From a virus (Duplodnaviria > Caudoviricetes): DNA of 64,000 nucleotides. The translations under genes and the position numbers were made by a program. Within the stretch, counting starts at the first letter, position 1. Each line of letters starts with the position of its first letter. Shown in pieces: positions 20,320-29,249 of the stretch. The notes under the pieces were generated by a model. It searched no databases, was not told the DNA's origin, and saw nothing but the letters and a program-made list of their open reading frames with translations. The stretch lies in IMG/VR virus record IMGVR_UViG_3300037249_001368, positions 32,001-96,000 of that record; one strand, given 5' to 3'.

Positions 20320-20925
20320 ATGCCTAACACAAGTAGAGCTTCAAAACTCATCGGTTGGGATAAGGTTCCTGAAAGTTTTGGTATCGAAGGAAATGTCCTG
20401 ATGAATGAGTTCATAAATCTGTATTCGGAAGATAACCTAATTCTTGATGATGGAGATGAGTGCTTTTTTCTGTTAACAAACATGAATGATTATTTCATGC
20501 CTATCGTTTGTCAAGGAAAAATCATCCACTCGACATTCACCGAGGGTATGACCAAAACCCATTTGATTGAGTTTAGAAAGTTTCTTGATACAGAAGAACT
20601 TATCAAAGACACAATGTATGATAAGCCTTTCGAGATATACATCATGAAACACAATCAAATGTATAAGATGAAACGTGTCGTGGTTATTCCGAAAAAATTA
20701 TTCGCTGCTAACAGTGGTAACAATTACTTCAATAACAACGATAATTACTATCGGTTGTTTCCCGTAAATTCTTTCTTTGTTAGAGGTTTCAGGAGTGGTG
20801 ATGAAGCACATTATCAGAAACAACTCCAAAACATCAGAAGACTCAGGGCAGAATACGTCACATACCTCAAGGAAGATTTTACCAAGAACTACGAACGATT
20901 AATCACGTTTTCTGAATTAATGTAG
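20320..20925 (+). CDS. Hypothetical protein
   Basis: 201 aa ORF. Confidence 0.7.
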   Translation: MPNTSRASKLIGWDKVPESFGIEGNVLMNEFINLYSEDNLILDDGDECFFLLTNMNDYFMPIVCQGKIIHSTFTEGMTKTHLIEFRKFLDTEELIKDTMYDKPFEIYIMKHNQMYKMKRVVVIPKKLFAANSGNNYFNNNDNYYRLFPVNSFFVRGFRSGDEAHYQKQLQNIRRLRAEYVTYLKEDFTKNYERLITFSELM

Positions 20926-20929
20926 GGTT

Positions 20930-21631
20930 ATGAAACTTATCGTAGGTTTGGATTTGTCATTTAACTCAACGGGAATCTGCTTGAGCCATCTTTCAGAAGA
21001 TAACATCGCCGAAAAGATTTCATTCTATCGGATTGTTTTTGATGATGAATCCAGAAAAGGAGTTTATGTACCAAAATCAGTCAAAAACATCAACACAAGA
21101 ATTTACAGGTTACCTCACTACTTGACTCCTGAAGTTCTATGTATTGATGATTCTGATGAAAACAATAAAGACCAGATAGAAACAACCTTAAGAGCCATGT
21201 GTGCCTCGAAAGAGATTTTCGGTGCATTTCATGATTTCTATCAGAACCACCCATGTGATTTTATCATAGTAAGCATTGAAAACTACATCATGCCGTCCTT
21301 TGGTGGACAAAACAGTCTTAAGAATGTTTCAGGACTCATAGCGCTCCAAGCATTCATCAGGGAATTGTTCTTAAGGTTCTGTAACAAAAACCGCATCAGG
21401 ATTAAAATGCTGACTCCTTCCCCAACCACCCTTAAGAAGTTTTTCACCGACAACGGAAAAGCAGAAAAAGAGGACATGTTAAAATCGTTCCAAGAAAGAT
21501 TTGACGGTTACAAACTATTACCCAACAGTGGACCTGAAACATTAAAGATAATCAACGACGTAGTTGATGCTTTTGCATTGAACATTTACGCGTACGGAAA
21601 ATTGTTAAACTACACAACCGAAGAATTTTAA
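20930..21631 (+). CDS. RuvC-like Holliday junction resolvase
   Basis: IVGLDLSFNSTG, IENY, PTTLKKFFTDNGKAEKEDM and DVVDAFAL give the RuvC catalytic pattern. Confidence 0.82.
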   Translation: MKLIVGLDLSFNSTGICLSHLSEDNIAEKISFYRIVFDDESRKGVYVPKSVKNINTRIYRLPHYLTPEVLCIDDSDENNKDQIETTLRAMCASKEIFGAFHDFYQNHPCDFIIVSIENYIMPSFGGQNSLKNVSGLIALQAFIRELFLRFCNKNRIRIKMLTPSPTTLKKFFTDNGKAEKEDMLKSFQERFDGYKLLPNSGPETLKIINDVVDAFALNIYAYGKLLNYTTEEF

Positions 21632-21632
21632 C

Positions 21633-21663
21633 TGGCGCGAACGTCCGAAGGATGTGAGTGCCA
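21633..21663 (+). repeat. Stop-codon hairpin family copy A
   Basis: TGGCGC-GAA-CGTCC-GAA-GGATG-TGA-GTGCCA, starting 1 nt after TAA. Confidence 0.9.
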
Positions 21664-21680
21664 ATGTATATACAACAATC

Positions 21681-22175
21681 ATGAAAAGCATATATCTCGA
21701 AAGAACAAAATCTCTCAAAGAAATCATAAACAACATCGGGGTTGGTTTATATTCAACCAAAATTGATGACGTCAACGATGTCTATATCACATCAGAAAAA
21801 TACCCCGATATAATCATAAAACCTGTCGAAGTAGATATCCCGAAACCTGTTCTCATTCCTATATTGAAAGTTGCTATCCCGATATTTCAGAAACTCAAAA
21901 TCAACCTAAAAAATATCGAGACGACTGGTTTAGATTATATAGTGTATAGCGCAGTAGACGAGACTCTTATGGCGGAGTCACTGCTAACAATGCTATGCGC
22001 CCCAGTAGATTCAGAAAAAGACAGCACTTACAACATGGAAAACCCCGTTTGGGACATGTTCATTTATGTCTCCGACGAGTACAAACCATTGGTTGAGGAC
22101 GCGGTTGAAGATATGGATTTGCCAATAGAATTGGATTCGGTTACTGACACTTTACAAATACCCCAAACAGAATGA
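21681..22175 (+). CDS. Hypothetical protein
   Basis: ATG at 21681; the track's GTG start lies inside the hairpin. Confidence 0.65.
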   Translation: MKSIYLERTKSLKEIINNIGVGLYSTKIDDVNDVYITSEKYPDIIIKPVEVDIPKPVLIPILKVAIPIFQKLKINLKNIETTGLDYIVYSAVDETLMAESLLTMLCAPVDSEKDSTYNMENPVWDMFIYVSDEYKPLVEDAVEDMDLPIELDSVTDTLQIPQTE

Positions 22176-22384
22176 ACCCACTTAGAGACATATTCCACCA
22201 AACATTCCAATCACTGAACCTAAAGCCAGGCATGGAAGAAGCGTTATTTGTGCTGTTGGCTGCTTTCATAGCAGTAATCATATCTGCTGTTGGATTGGCT
22301 GTTCTCGATAGTTTGGTGACCAAAATAGAAGATTATTTCAGAAATAGGAAAAGTAATGGCAGCAAACATCAAAACATTGTCTGA
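22172..22384 (+). CDS. Small membrane protein
   Basis: One hydrophobic segment; ATGA overlap. Confidence 0.6.
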   Translation: MNPLRDIFHQTFQSLNLKPGMEEALFVLLAAFIAVIISAVGLAVLDSLVTKIEDYFRNRKSNGSKHQNIV

Positions 22385-22520
22385 TTATAAACTGGCAGAA
22401 GTTTTGTTAGGGCATTTAGAAATTGCTAACATATCAGGGAATTTTGCTGAAGCAGTTAGAGAAGCAGCCAATCGTCTACAAAAACCAAAAACAGGTTACG
22501 TCAATAATCCCGAATTTTGA
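22356..22520 (+). CDS. Small hypothetical protein (54 aa, not in the ORF track)
   Basis: MAANIKTLSDYKLAEVLLGHLE...PEF; fills the intergenic gap. Confidence 0.55.
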   Translation: MAANIKTLSDYKLAEVLLGHLEIANISGNFAEAVREAANRLQKPKTGYVNNPEF

Positions 22521-22538
22521 ACAACAAATCATAAAACA

Positions 22539-23147
22539 ATGAAACAGACCTTACCAATCAACAAAGAAAACAAAATCAAATGTTTTGAGGAAGAACTCGA
22601 ACAGTTCGAGAATCCTTACATTAGGACATTCACGAGAACCTGCATCGGCGAATTACCGGATTATTTCTTCCTGAAGCCATCGACTTCATCAGGAAAGTAT
22701 CATTCACCCGACGAGCGTGGTAATTACGGTTTGATTCTTCACACCAAGCGCGTGTTCCAAACCCTGCTGAAATTATTCCGCTTGGAGGAATTTGCTCAAA
22801 TCTCTGAAGTCAGAAAAGAATACCTGATGTCAGCAGCATTGCTTCACGATGGATTAAAATACGGCTCTGCTGAGAATCAATCAGAACACACAATGTTCGA
22901 ACACCCAATTTTCGCCGCACATTTTGTGAAAGCCATCGGTCAAAGAGAAGGCTATGGCCCTGGTTCAGAAATCATCGCCAATTTCATAATTTCGCACATG
23001 GGGCAATGGAATCAGAGCCCTTACAGTCAAGTCACACTTCCCAAGCCAACTTCCATTGAACAAAAAGCCCTTCACATGGCAGATTACATGGCTTCTAACA
23101 TTCCTACGGTAACGCTTGATGACATTTACCAGTTCATAGAAATCTGA
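22539..23147 (+). CDS. HD-domain phosphohydrolase
   Basis: SSGKYH, GLILHT, AALLHDGLKYG, SHMGQW and HMADY motifs. Confidence 0.85.
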   Translation: MKQTLPINKENKIKCFEEELEQFENPYIRTFTRTCIGELPDYFFLKPSTSSGKYHSPDERGNYGLILHTKRVFQTLLKLFRLEEFAQISEVRKEYLMSAALLHDGLKYGSAENQSEHTMFEHPIFAAHFVKAIGQREGYGPGSEIIANFIISHMGQWNQSPYSQVTLPKPTSIEQKALHMADYMASNIPTVTLDDIYQFIEI

Positions 23148-23150
23148 GCC

Positions 23151-23618
23151 ATGCCACCAGAAAGCAAATATTTTCTGACAGTGATTCGGTCAAGAGACCT
23201 CCTTCGTCAAGAAGCACTGCTTTTGGACCTGTTATCTTTGGTGGAACGGGTTTATGACTCAGAACACAAAGAAACATTCTTGGAAGAACTGAAAAACTCT
23301 CCTGACACACTGGTTGCTTTCATAACGAGTAATTTTTCAGTCATAGGTCTTGGTTGTATCTGTGAGTCGCATGCCTCATTTGGTCTTTATGAGCTGTTTT
23401 GGGGTATGGTTGATGAAGAACACCGAGGCAAAGGTTTGGGCAAAACCTTGGTTGAGAAGAGGATTCAGTTTGTCAGAGAAAGCTGCGTCGGTAAACACAA
23501 ACCAACCGATTTCATCGCCGTCACCGAAAAAACTTGGCACCTTTACAGATGTGGTTTCACGGTCATCAAGAAATTGAAGAGCGGCGAGGGAGGAGAATAC
23601 TTGATGTATAAGTTATGA
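23151..23618 (+). CDS. GNAT-family acetyltransferase
   Basis: VDEEHRGKGLGKTL acetyl-CoA-binding motif and LYRCGF. Confidence 0.8.
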   Translation: MPPESKYFLTVIRSRDLLRQEALLLDLLSLVERVYDSEHKETFLEELKNSPDTLVAFITSNFSVIGLGCICESHASFGLYELFWGMVDEEHRGKGLGKTLVEKRIQFVRESCVGKHKPTDFIAVTEKTWHLYRCGFTVIKKLKSGEGGEYLMYKL

Positions 23619-23746
23619 AAGAATTTCCCAAAGAAACCTACAGACATATCAGGAAAGACTCAAACGGTAAGCGTCACGAAGAAATCCACCATTCGTATGA
23701 TTTCCGTGTCAGAAATGAAAACATAACCGAAGAAACTCCTGTTTAA
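23615..23746 (+). CDS. Small hypothetical protein (43 aa)
   Basis: ATGA overlap with the GNAT gene; MKEFPKETYRHIRK... Confidence 0.4.
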   Translation: MKEFPKETYRHIRKDSNGKRHEEIHHSYDFRVRNENITEETPV

Positions 23747-23784
23747 TAAATAAGCCAATTCATTTACATTAAATTCAGAAAATT

Positions 23785-24189
23785 ATGAAACAGGAATTAA
23801 ATCAAGAAATGAGAGATAAAGTCATCGAGTTCGTGAACTTTATCATGGGTGCCGTGGTCAAGAATCAGGAAATTCATTGGGTCACAAACAACTCTCGCAC
23901 TCACAACGAAACCGACAATCTGAAGTGGAATCTGCTGGACTTCGTCGATACCATTACTGAGCAATACATCGGTGCCGTCGGTCGTGGCATCATCGGCAGT
24001 GGTGACATCAACGCCACCGTCATCGCAGCAAGCACTTGGGACGAACTCACCGACGAAATCAAAGAGCGCACCGTGGCTTTCAAGGATTACCTCAATCAAC
24101 AAAAATCTATCTACGGCGGCATGGTGTCAAGAATCGACGACTTCATCGGTCGCGTCCTTGTTAACATTTACAGAGAGGAGATGGATTAA
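23785..24189 (+). CDS. Ferritin/Dps-like four-helix-bundle protein
   Basis: IHWVT....HNETD......DFVDTITEQYIG pattern. Confidence 0.6.
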   Translation: MKQELNQEMRDKVIEFVNFIMGAVVKNQEIHWVTNNSRTHNETDNLKWNLLDFVDTITEQYIGAVGRGIIGSGDINATVIAASTWDELTDEIKERTVAFKDYLNQQKSIYGGMVSRIDDFIGRVLVNIYREEMD

Positions 24190-24219
24190 CACGAACGTTT
24201 TGTAAAAATGTGAGTGTTG
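24187..24219 (+). repeat. Stop-codon hairpin family copy B
   Basis: TAACAC-GAA-CGTTTT-GTA-AAAATG-TGA-GTGTTG; begins at the TAA stop. Confidence 0.88.
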
Positions 24220-24254
24220 GTTACCACACAACGTAAAATCAAATTTTTACCGAC

Positions 24255-24536
24255 ATGGAAACTTGGAAAGATTTAATCAAGAAATTTGAGGAGAACTTTA
24301 TGAAAGTAAGCAAACTCCTGTACATGGTTATTTGCAACCTTCTAACGGTTTTCTTCTTCAGTGCGACAAAGTCTATGTTTTGGGGTGTGATGATAACATT
24401 CGGGTTACTCCTCCTCAAAGAACTTGTATACGACTATCTGATACGGAAAGGTGAGATGAGCACTGTTGACATCACCGCTGGAACCATCGGTGTCTTCATT
24501 GGATGGCTTTCAACGGTACTGGTCTTAGCCTTTTGA
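24255..24536 (+). CDS. Small membrane protein
   Basis: Three hydrophobic segments; KELVYD...DITAG. Confidence 0.65.
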   Translation: METWKDLIKKFEENFMKVSKLLYMVICNLLTVFFFSATKSMFWGVMITFGLLLLKELVYDYLIRKGEMSTVDITAGTIGVFIGWLSTVLVLAF

Positions 24537-24542
24537 CCAATT

Positions 24543-24576
24543 CCAGCACGAACGTCCGAAAGGATGCGAGTGCTGG
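24543..24576 (+). repeat. Stop-codon hairpin family copy C
   Basis: CCAGCAC-GAA-CGTCC-GAAA-GGATG-CGA-GTGCTGG, 6 nt after TGA. Confidence 0.88.
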
Positions 24577-24863
24577 TCTCTTTTTCGCCATTCTTCGGCA
24601 CTAAGTGCCAGTTGTTAGTAGTTTTTCATTTGTACGTTTTTATTTGTTTATCGTAGTTTTTATTCTGCATCATTAGAGTAGTTTGTTTCAGTTTCATTTT
24701 GTTGTAATTGTTTACCATTCGTTTTTATTGTTCTTTTTCATATCGCTGCTTAGCAGCAATCCTTTCATTTGCATTTGACCAGCCAATTACAGATTGGCTG
24801 ACGTAAGTATTAATTGTTATTTTTTGAGTTAGTACATTGTCAGTCAACAGATGTCACCTTTCC

Positions 24864-24901
24864 AAGAAAAAGCCGTTCCCACAAGGAGCGGCTTTTCTTT
24901 T
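24864..24901. terminator. Intrinsic terminator, possibly bidirectional
   Basis: AAGAAAAAGCCGTTCC-CACAA-GGAGCGGCTTTTCTTTT. Confidence 0.75.
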
Positions 24902-24941
24902 GTCACACCATAATTAATAAATACACCAAAGATAATAAACC

Positions 24942-25766
24942 ATGATTTCCGTAGTTGATGATAATCTTGAATTAAGTCCTGAAGACAGTGAGTTCATTCA
25001 ATATGTTTTGGATGATGTTACGATTGACGGACAGTTACCGTACAAAGTTCCAAAGCGGTCCATTGTGCGTCAGATAGTTGATTCTGCCAAGTTCTTCTAT
25101 AAGAACTACTGGCGTGCCAACATTTCCGACATTTGGGGTCTTATCAAAAAAGAGGACATAAAGAAGTTTCTCACCAACAACGGTTCTACTCCATTCCGTG
25201 AGGTGATTTCATATCACGTCACGCTCCCACCTAAGGTCAGAGTCGTTAGCCGTGTTTTTGACCGTGGAGACCAAATCAACACCGCGAAATATAATGGTGG
25301 CGGCAGTCTCTCAGAATCATTGAGTTGGAATACATCATATTATTCAACCACGAACGGTGGTAATCTTTTGTTTGGCATCGACAGACAGTTATATGTTCAG
25401 CAATCTGTTTGTCAGATAACCAACAACAATGTGTATGAATCATGTTGCTCGACGATGGTGGATTTCCATTTCAACCCTGTGACGAAAGACATGTTCATCA
25501 ATAAAGAATTAAAAACAGACCTCATCATAAATTATAAAGCAGACATCGACCTCAAATATCTTTATCAGGACGACCTCTTCAGAAGATATGTTCTCGCCAA
25601 GACAAGAGCAGTTCTTCGTAGACTCATCGGTTCTCATACCATTGATTTACCTGGCGGAGGTACCCTGAATGTGGACGAGGTTTGCAACACCGACGACATC
25701 GAAAAAGTCGAGGAAATAATCAACGGAGGTAAAGGAATAGGTGACATCATAATTCAACGTCAGTAA
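24942..25766 (+). CDS. Neck protein, T4 gp13-like
   Basis: C-terminal LFRRYVLAK...DLPGGGTLN matches the gp13 LPGG.TLN motif. Confidence 0.7.
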   Translation: MISVVDDNLELSPEDSEFIQYVLDDVTIDGQLPYKVPKRSIVRQIVDSAKFFYKNYWRANISDIWGLIKKEDIKKFLTNNGSTPFREVISYHVTLPPKVRVVSRVFDRGDQINTAKYNGGGSLSESLSWNTSYYSTTNGGNLLFGIDRQLYVQQSVCQITNNNVYESCCSTMVDFHFNPVTKDMFINKELKTDLIINYKADIDLKYLYQDDLFRRYVLAKTRAVLRRLIGSHTIDLPGGGTLNVDEVCNTDDIEKVEEIINGGKGIGDIIIQRQ

Positions 25767-25779
25767 CAGAAACACGGAT

Positions 25780-26127
25780 ATGAACATCATAAAATACCAA
25801 TACGCGACCATCCAAGATGGCTTCATAAAAGTCATCAACAATCCTAAGAAGGAGATTGTTGAATACAACGAACATGATTTTTCTTTGATTGAAACACACC
25901 TCGCAATCATCGGTTGTGATTTCAAGCGTTCTGAGTACCCACACACAGGTTTGTACTTTTTCTCAGTCTGTTGCTGGTTGAACAAGAACAGTGATTACTT
26001 CACCAACATCAGGAAAGATTATTTAGGTATGTTTCACGTCACACTTACTTACAAGGGTGCCGAGATACTTAAAGTCGAGGGCACAGAACTCGAAAAATTG
26101 ATTGGATACGTCATCATAAACATTTGA
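25780..26127 (+). CDS. Hypothetical protein
   Basis: 115 aa ORF. Confidence 0.65.
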   Translation: MNIIKYQYATIQDGFIKVINNPKKEIVEYNEHDFSLIETHLAIIGCDFKRSEYPHTGLYFFSVCCWLNKNSDYFTNIRKDYLGMFHVTLTYKGAEILKVEGTELEKLIGYVIINI

Positions 26128-26131
26128 AGAT

Positions 26132-29100
26132 ATGACCGCGAAAACATCAGCCAACGTCTTAATCGAAAACATGGAGATATTGTATGAGAACATCTACAAT
26201 CTCCTAAAAGCGTTTCAGGAAGCAGCGTCAAACACGCTCGTAAATCCTGTTGTGGTTCTCAAAAACATAGACGGAACCACGAGGGAAGTCACAGTGACAT
26301 CATTCAGACAATTACAACAGGAAATGAACCGTTTGTCTAACAACTTTAATGCTCTGACAAACAGCAACAACCTGTCGTATATTCTCAACCCTGATGGCAC
26401 CGTCTCTCAATACCTCAAAACAACATTCATCAATGCCCAGTATCTTGATTTAGGTAACATTGAAATTGGTGATACATGCAAGGCTGATTTCGCGTCAAAC
26501 ATCCCCGATTTCATGTATCCACTTGTCAAGATACCTGTAACCATTTCATCGGAATTGGTTCATACGGATATCTACTGCCGGTCATTCCAAATCCGTGATG
26601 GATATGACATGATTCCTGAACAGTGTTCGTGGTTGGAACTCCAACAACTCATGAGCAATGGGACCGTGGTAGCTGATGATGAGATTGACCGTGTGCTTTC
26701 ACCTTACAGAGAACAGGTCAGGTATTTTGGGAAGTTCAACATCGAACAAGTTGAGACTACCCAAAATTCTAATATTTGGAATGTTACGCTCAATGATGTT
26801 CATTACACAGGTTTGAATGTCAACGGCAACAACATAGAATTAAAGGTTAATGATGAGTTGGTTACCACATCAGGAAATACCAGATTCTTGATTACTGATA
26901 TATCCATTTTCAACAACTATGTTGTTCTCCGTCGTATCGCTGGTGATGAAGCACCAACAGTTGGTATCAACAAATTGTTATTCAATCAGGTGATTGATGC
27001 CGAAAACTTTGTTGTTGGTATTCCTGTAAAACCGCAGCAAGACTTGGTTGTATTCTTATCCACGCAATCAAAATCAGCGATATCTTACCCGTCAGTTGGT
27101 ATCAAGATTTCGACTACGGATTACGAAGTTGATTACAACGGTCAAACATACACCATTGATGAGTTCTTCTCCAATTATGTCACCAATTTGGGTGAGTACC
27201 TGATGGGAATCGTGGATGAGAGTTCCGTTCCTTATTCACTGGGCATCAAACCAGCTAAACCAGAACTTCTCGGAAGCAACTTTAAGGTGGTGCAAATCAA
27301 CAAGCATCTTCTCAACGCTAAGTCGGTCGCCAACATCAATGAACTCAATGCCGAGAAAGCAAAGATTCAAAACAATATAGATTCCAAGAACAAGAAGATT
27401 GCTGAAATCAAAGCAAACATTCAAAGCAACCACTACAGCACGGTAGCCGAGAAACAAAACAAACAGGAATCTATCGAAAACATCCAAGCAGAGATTGAAA
27501 CCCTGAACGCTAACCTGCTTACAATCACCCGTCGTATTGAGAACGAGTCCATACAGAATAATACCACAGCTGTTAAAGCTAAATATAAGATTGTTGGTTT
27601 CTGGCATTTACAAGATGACTTATATTCTCCGTCAACTGGTATGCAGCATATCGTCAAATATGAAGTCCAGTACAGATATTTGAGTCAGAACTCAGATAAC
27701 ATCGAAAACACAACACTTGATATGGTTGACAATGGTACTCCTGTGAGTGTTACTTTCAGTGCATGGAATGTAGCAGACACAGCAGTACTGAATAAAACCA
27801 AGGCGGTTGACGGTTCAATCATTTGGGAGAATCCTCAAATCAACAGCACTGATGATTTGAATATCAATCAGTGCATGATTACAATCAACGAAAATGAGTC
27901 GGTTGAAATCAGAGTAAGAGCCATCTCAGAAGCAGGTTACCCAATCGCTCCTCTGAAATCAGAATGGAGCGATATCATTAGAGTTAACTTCCCTGATGAG
28001 TTCAAACAAAACAATATCAATACCATTGTTGAGAGTAACCAACTGGATTTGCGCAAGGCTGAAATGAACCAAATCTTGAAAGAGTACGGTGTCATCGAAC
28101 ACGTCCAAGACGAAATCCTCGAAAACGACGCCAAGTATTTCCACAAGGCAGCGAGCATTGCTTCAGGTTTCTACACTCAAGAAATGAAGAACATTCCTCT
28201 TGACACATTCCTGAAGAACTTACGTTCTGACATAGATGCGTTGCAAAACTCTCATGCAAATCCATTGACGGTTTCGGTGATTGACCCAGACAACAACGAG
28301 TTTGAAATGAGTAATGACCAAACTCTGAATGTCTTCGTTGGTAATTTCTCCGAGCAGTATGATGCCAAAGACTACAACAACTTTGGTAAAATCATCACCA
28401 AGAAACTTTACATCAAACTAAAAAACAATAACCAAGTCCCGATTGACATCAAATCGTTGCAGCCGAACGGAATAACCGAACTTGACGATTTATACAAGTA
28501 TGTACCAGTCGTGACCAACACAGGCTTCCATCAAGAAACTGGTCAAATCATTTATTTCAGGAAACTGAATCTGACCATGAACAGTTACTTTGAACTATAC
28601 AAGCCTTACGAAGTTCCCGAGTTGACTTTACCGCTTTATGGCAACATCAGTCAAAGATTGAATGTAGCTTTCCTCCTGAATGACGTCATAACTCAAGGTT
28701 ACGTAGATGTGAATGTTGTGAGCTTCGCAACCGCAACAGCCATGAACTTGGCGGCTCCCGAAGGAAATATCACCTACGATAATCTGTACAGAATAATGCA
28801 GTATTCTGATTTCATCACAGGTGAAAAACAATTACTCCTGAATGATGATTTATCATACAGATTCAGCAGACTTGGTTTCAGTAAGAGCGACGAATATGGT
28901 GCAGGTATCTACACTTGTGGTTCAATGCTTTACCCAATCTTCGGTGACCTGACCCGCTTCAAAGTTCGTGGCGAATCATCCACATCAGTTATGGTTCTCG
29001 AAGCAGGAAAAGAAATCCTGTTACCAATCATATTTGAATACAGGATGCTTGACACCTTCGGTCGTCCGTCAGGAACCGTCAACCCAACCGACATTGAATA

Positions 29101-29179
29101 CCGCAAGACACTTGGTGTAGCCCTGAACATCGGAAACAAACCGTTTAACTTCGACCTAAGCGTCTATGTGAAGTATTAG
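26132..29179 (+). CDS. Large structural protein with coiled coil and FN3-like segment
   Basis: 1015 aa; heptad region followed by YEVQYRY...EIRVRAISEAG...SEWS. Confidence 0.65.
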   Translation: MTAKTSANVLIENMEILYENIYNLLKAFQEAASNTLVNPVVVLKNIDGTTREVTVTSFRQLQQEMNRLSNNFNALTNSNNLSYILNPDGTVSQYLKTTFINAQYLDLGNIEIGDTCKADFASNIPDFMYPLVKIPVTISSELVHTDIYCRSFQIRDGYDMIPEQCSWLELQQLMSNGTVVADDEIDRVLSPYREQVRYFGKFNIEQVETTQNSNIWNVTLNDVHYTGLNVNGNNIELKVNDELVTTSGNTRFLITDISIFNNYVVLRRIAGDEAPTVGINKLLFNQVIDAENFVVGIPVKPQQDLVVFLSTQSKSAISYPSVGIKISTTDYEVDYNGQTYTIDEFFSNYVTNLGEYLMGIVDESSVPYSLGIKPAKPELLGSNFKVVQINKHLLNAKSVANINELNAEKAKIQNNIDSKNKKIAEIKANIQSNHYSTVAEKQNKQESIENIQAEIETLNANLLTITRRIENESIQNNTTAVKAKYKIVGFWHLQDDLYSPSTGMQHIVKYEVQYRYLSQNSDNIENTTLDMVDNGTPVSVTFSAWNVADTAVLNKTKAVDGSIIWENPQINSTDDLNINQCMITINENESVEIRVRAISEAGYPIAPLKSEWSDIIRVNFPDEFKQNNINTIVESNQLDLRKAEMNQILKEYGVIEHVQDEILENDAKYFHKAASIASGFYTQEMKNIPLDTFLKNLRSDIDALQNSHANPLTVSVIDPDNNEFEMSNDQTLNVFVGNFSEQYDAKDYNNFGKIITKKLYIKLKNNNQVPIDIKSLQPNGITELDDLYKYVPVVTNTGFHQETGQIIYFRKLNLTMNSYFELYKPYEVPELTLPLYGNISQRLNVAFLLNDVITQGYVDVNVVSFATATAMNLAAPEGNITYDNLYRIMQYSDFITGEKQLLLNDDLSYRFSRLGFSKSDEYGAGIYTCGSMLYPIFGDLTRFKVRGESSTSVMVLEAGKEILLPIIFEYRMLDTFGRPSGTVNPTDIEYRKTLGVALNIGNKPFNFDLSVYVKY

Positions 29180-29207
29180 CGCGAACGTCCGAAGGATGTG
29201 AGCGCTA
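29177..29207 (+). repeat. Stop-codon hairpin family copy D
   Basis: TAGCGC-GAA-CGTCC-GAA-GGATG-TGA-GCGCTA; begins at the TAG stop. Confidence 0.92.
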
Positions 29208-29221
29208 TGCGTTAGCAGACT

Positions 29222-29230
29222 TAATACATA
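29222..29230 (+). promoter_or_regulatory. Putative late promoter TAATA(A/C)ATA (representative copy)
   Basis: Same 9-mer at 1245, 14689, 14704, 18340, 23744, 24915, 44979, 47349, 51925, 54666, 55229, 57411 and 58502, each upstream of a gene start. Resembles T4 TATAAATA. Confidence 0.7.
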
Positions 29231-29249
29231 GGTTACAAATACGTAATCT

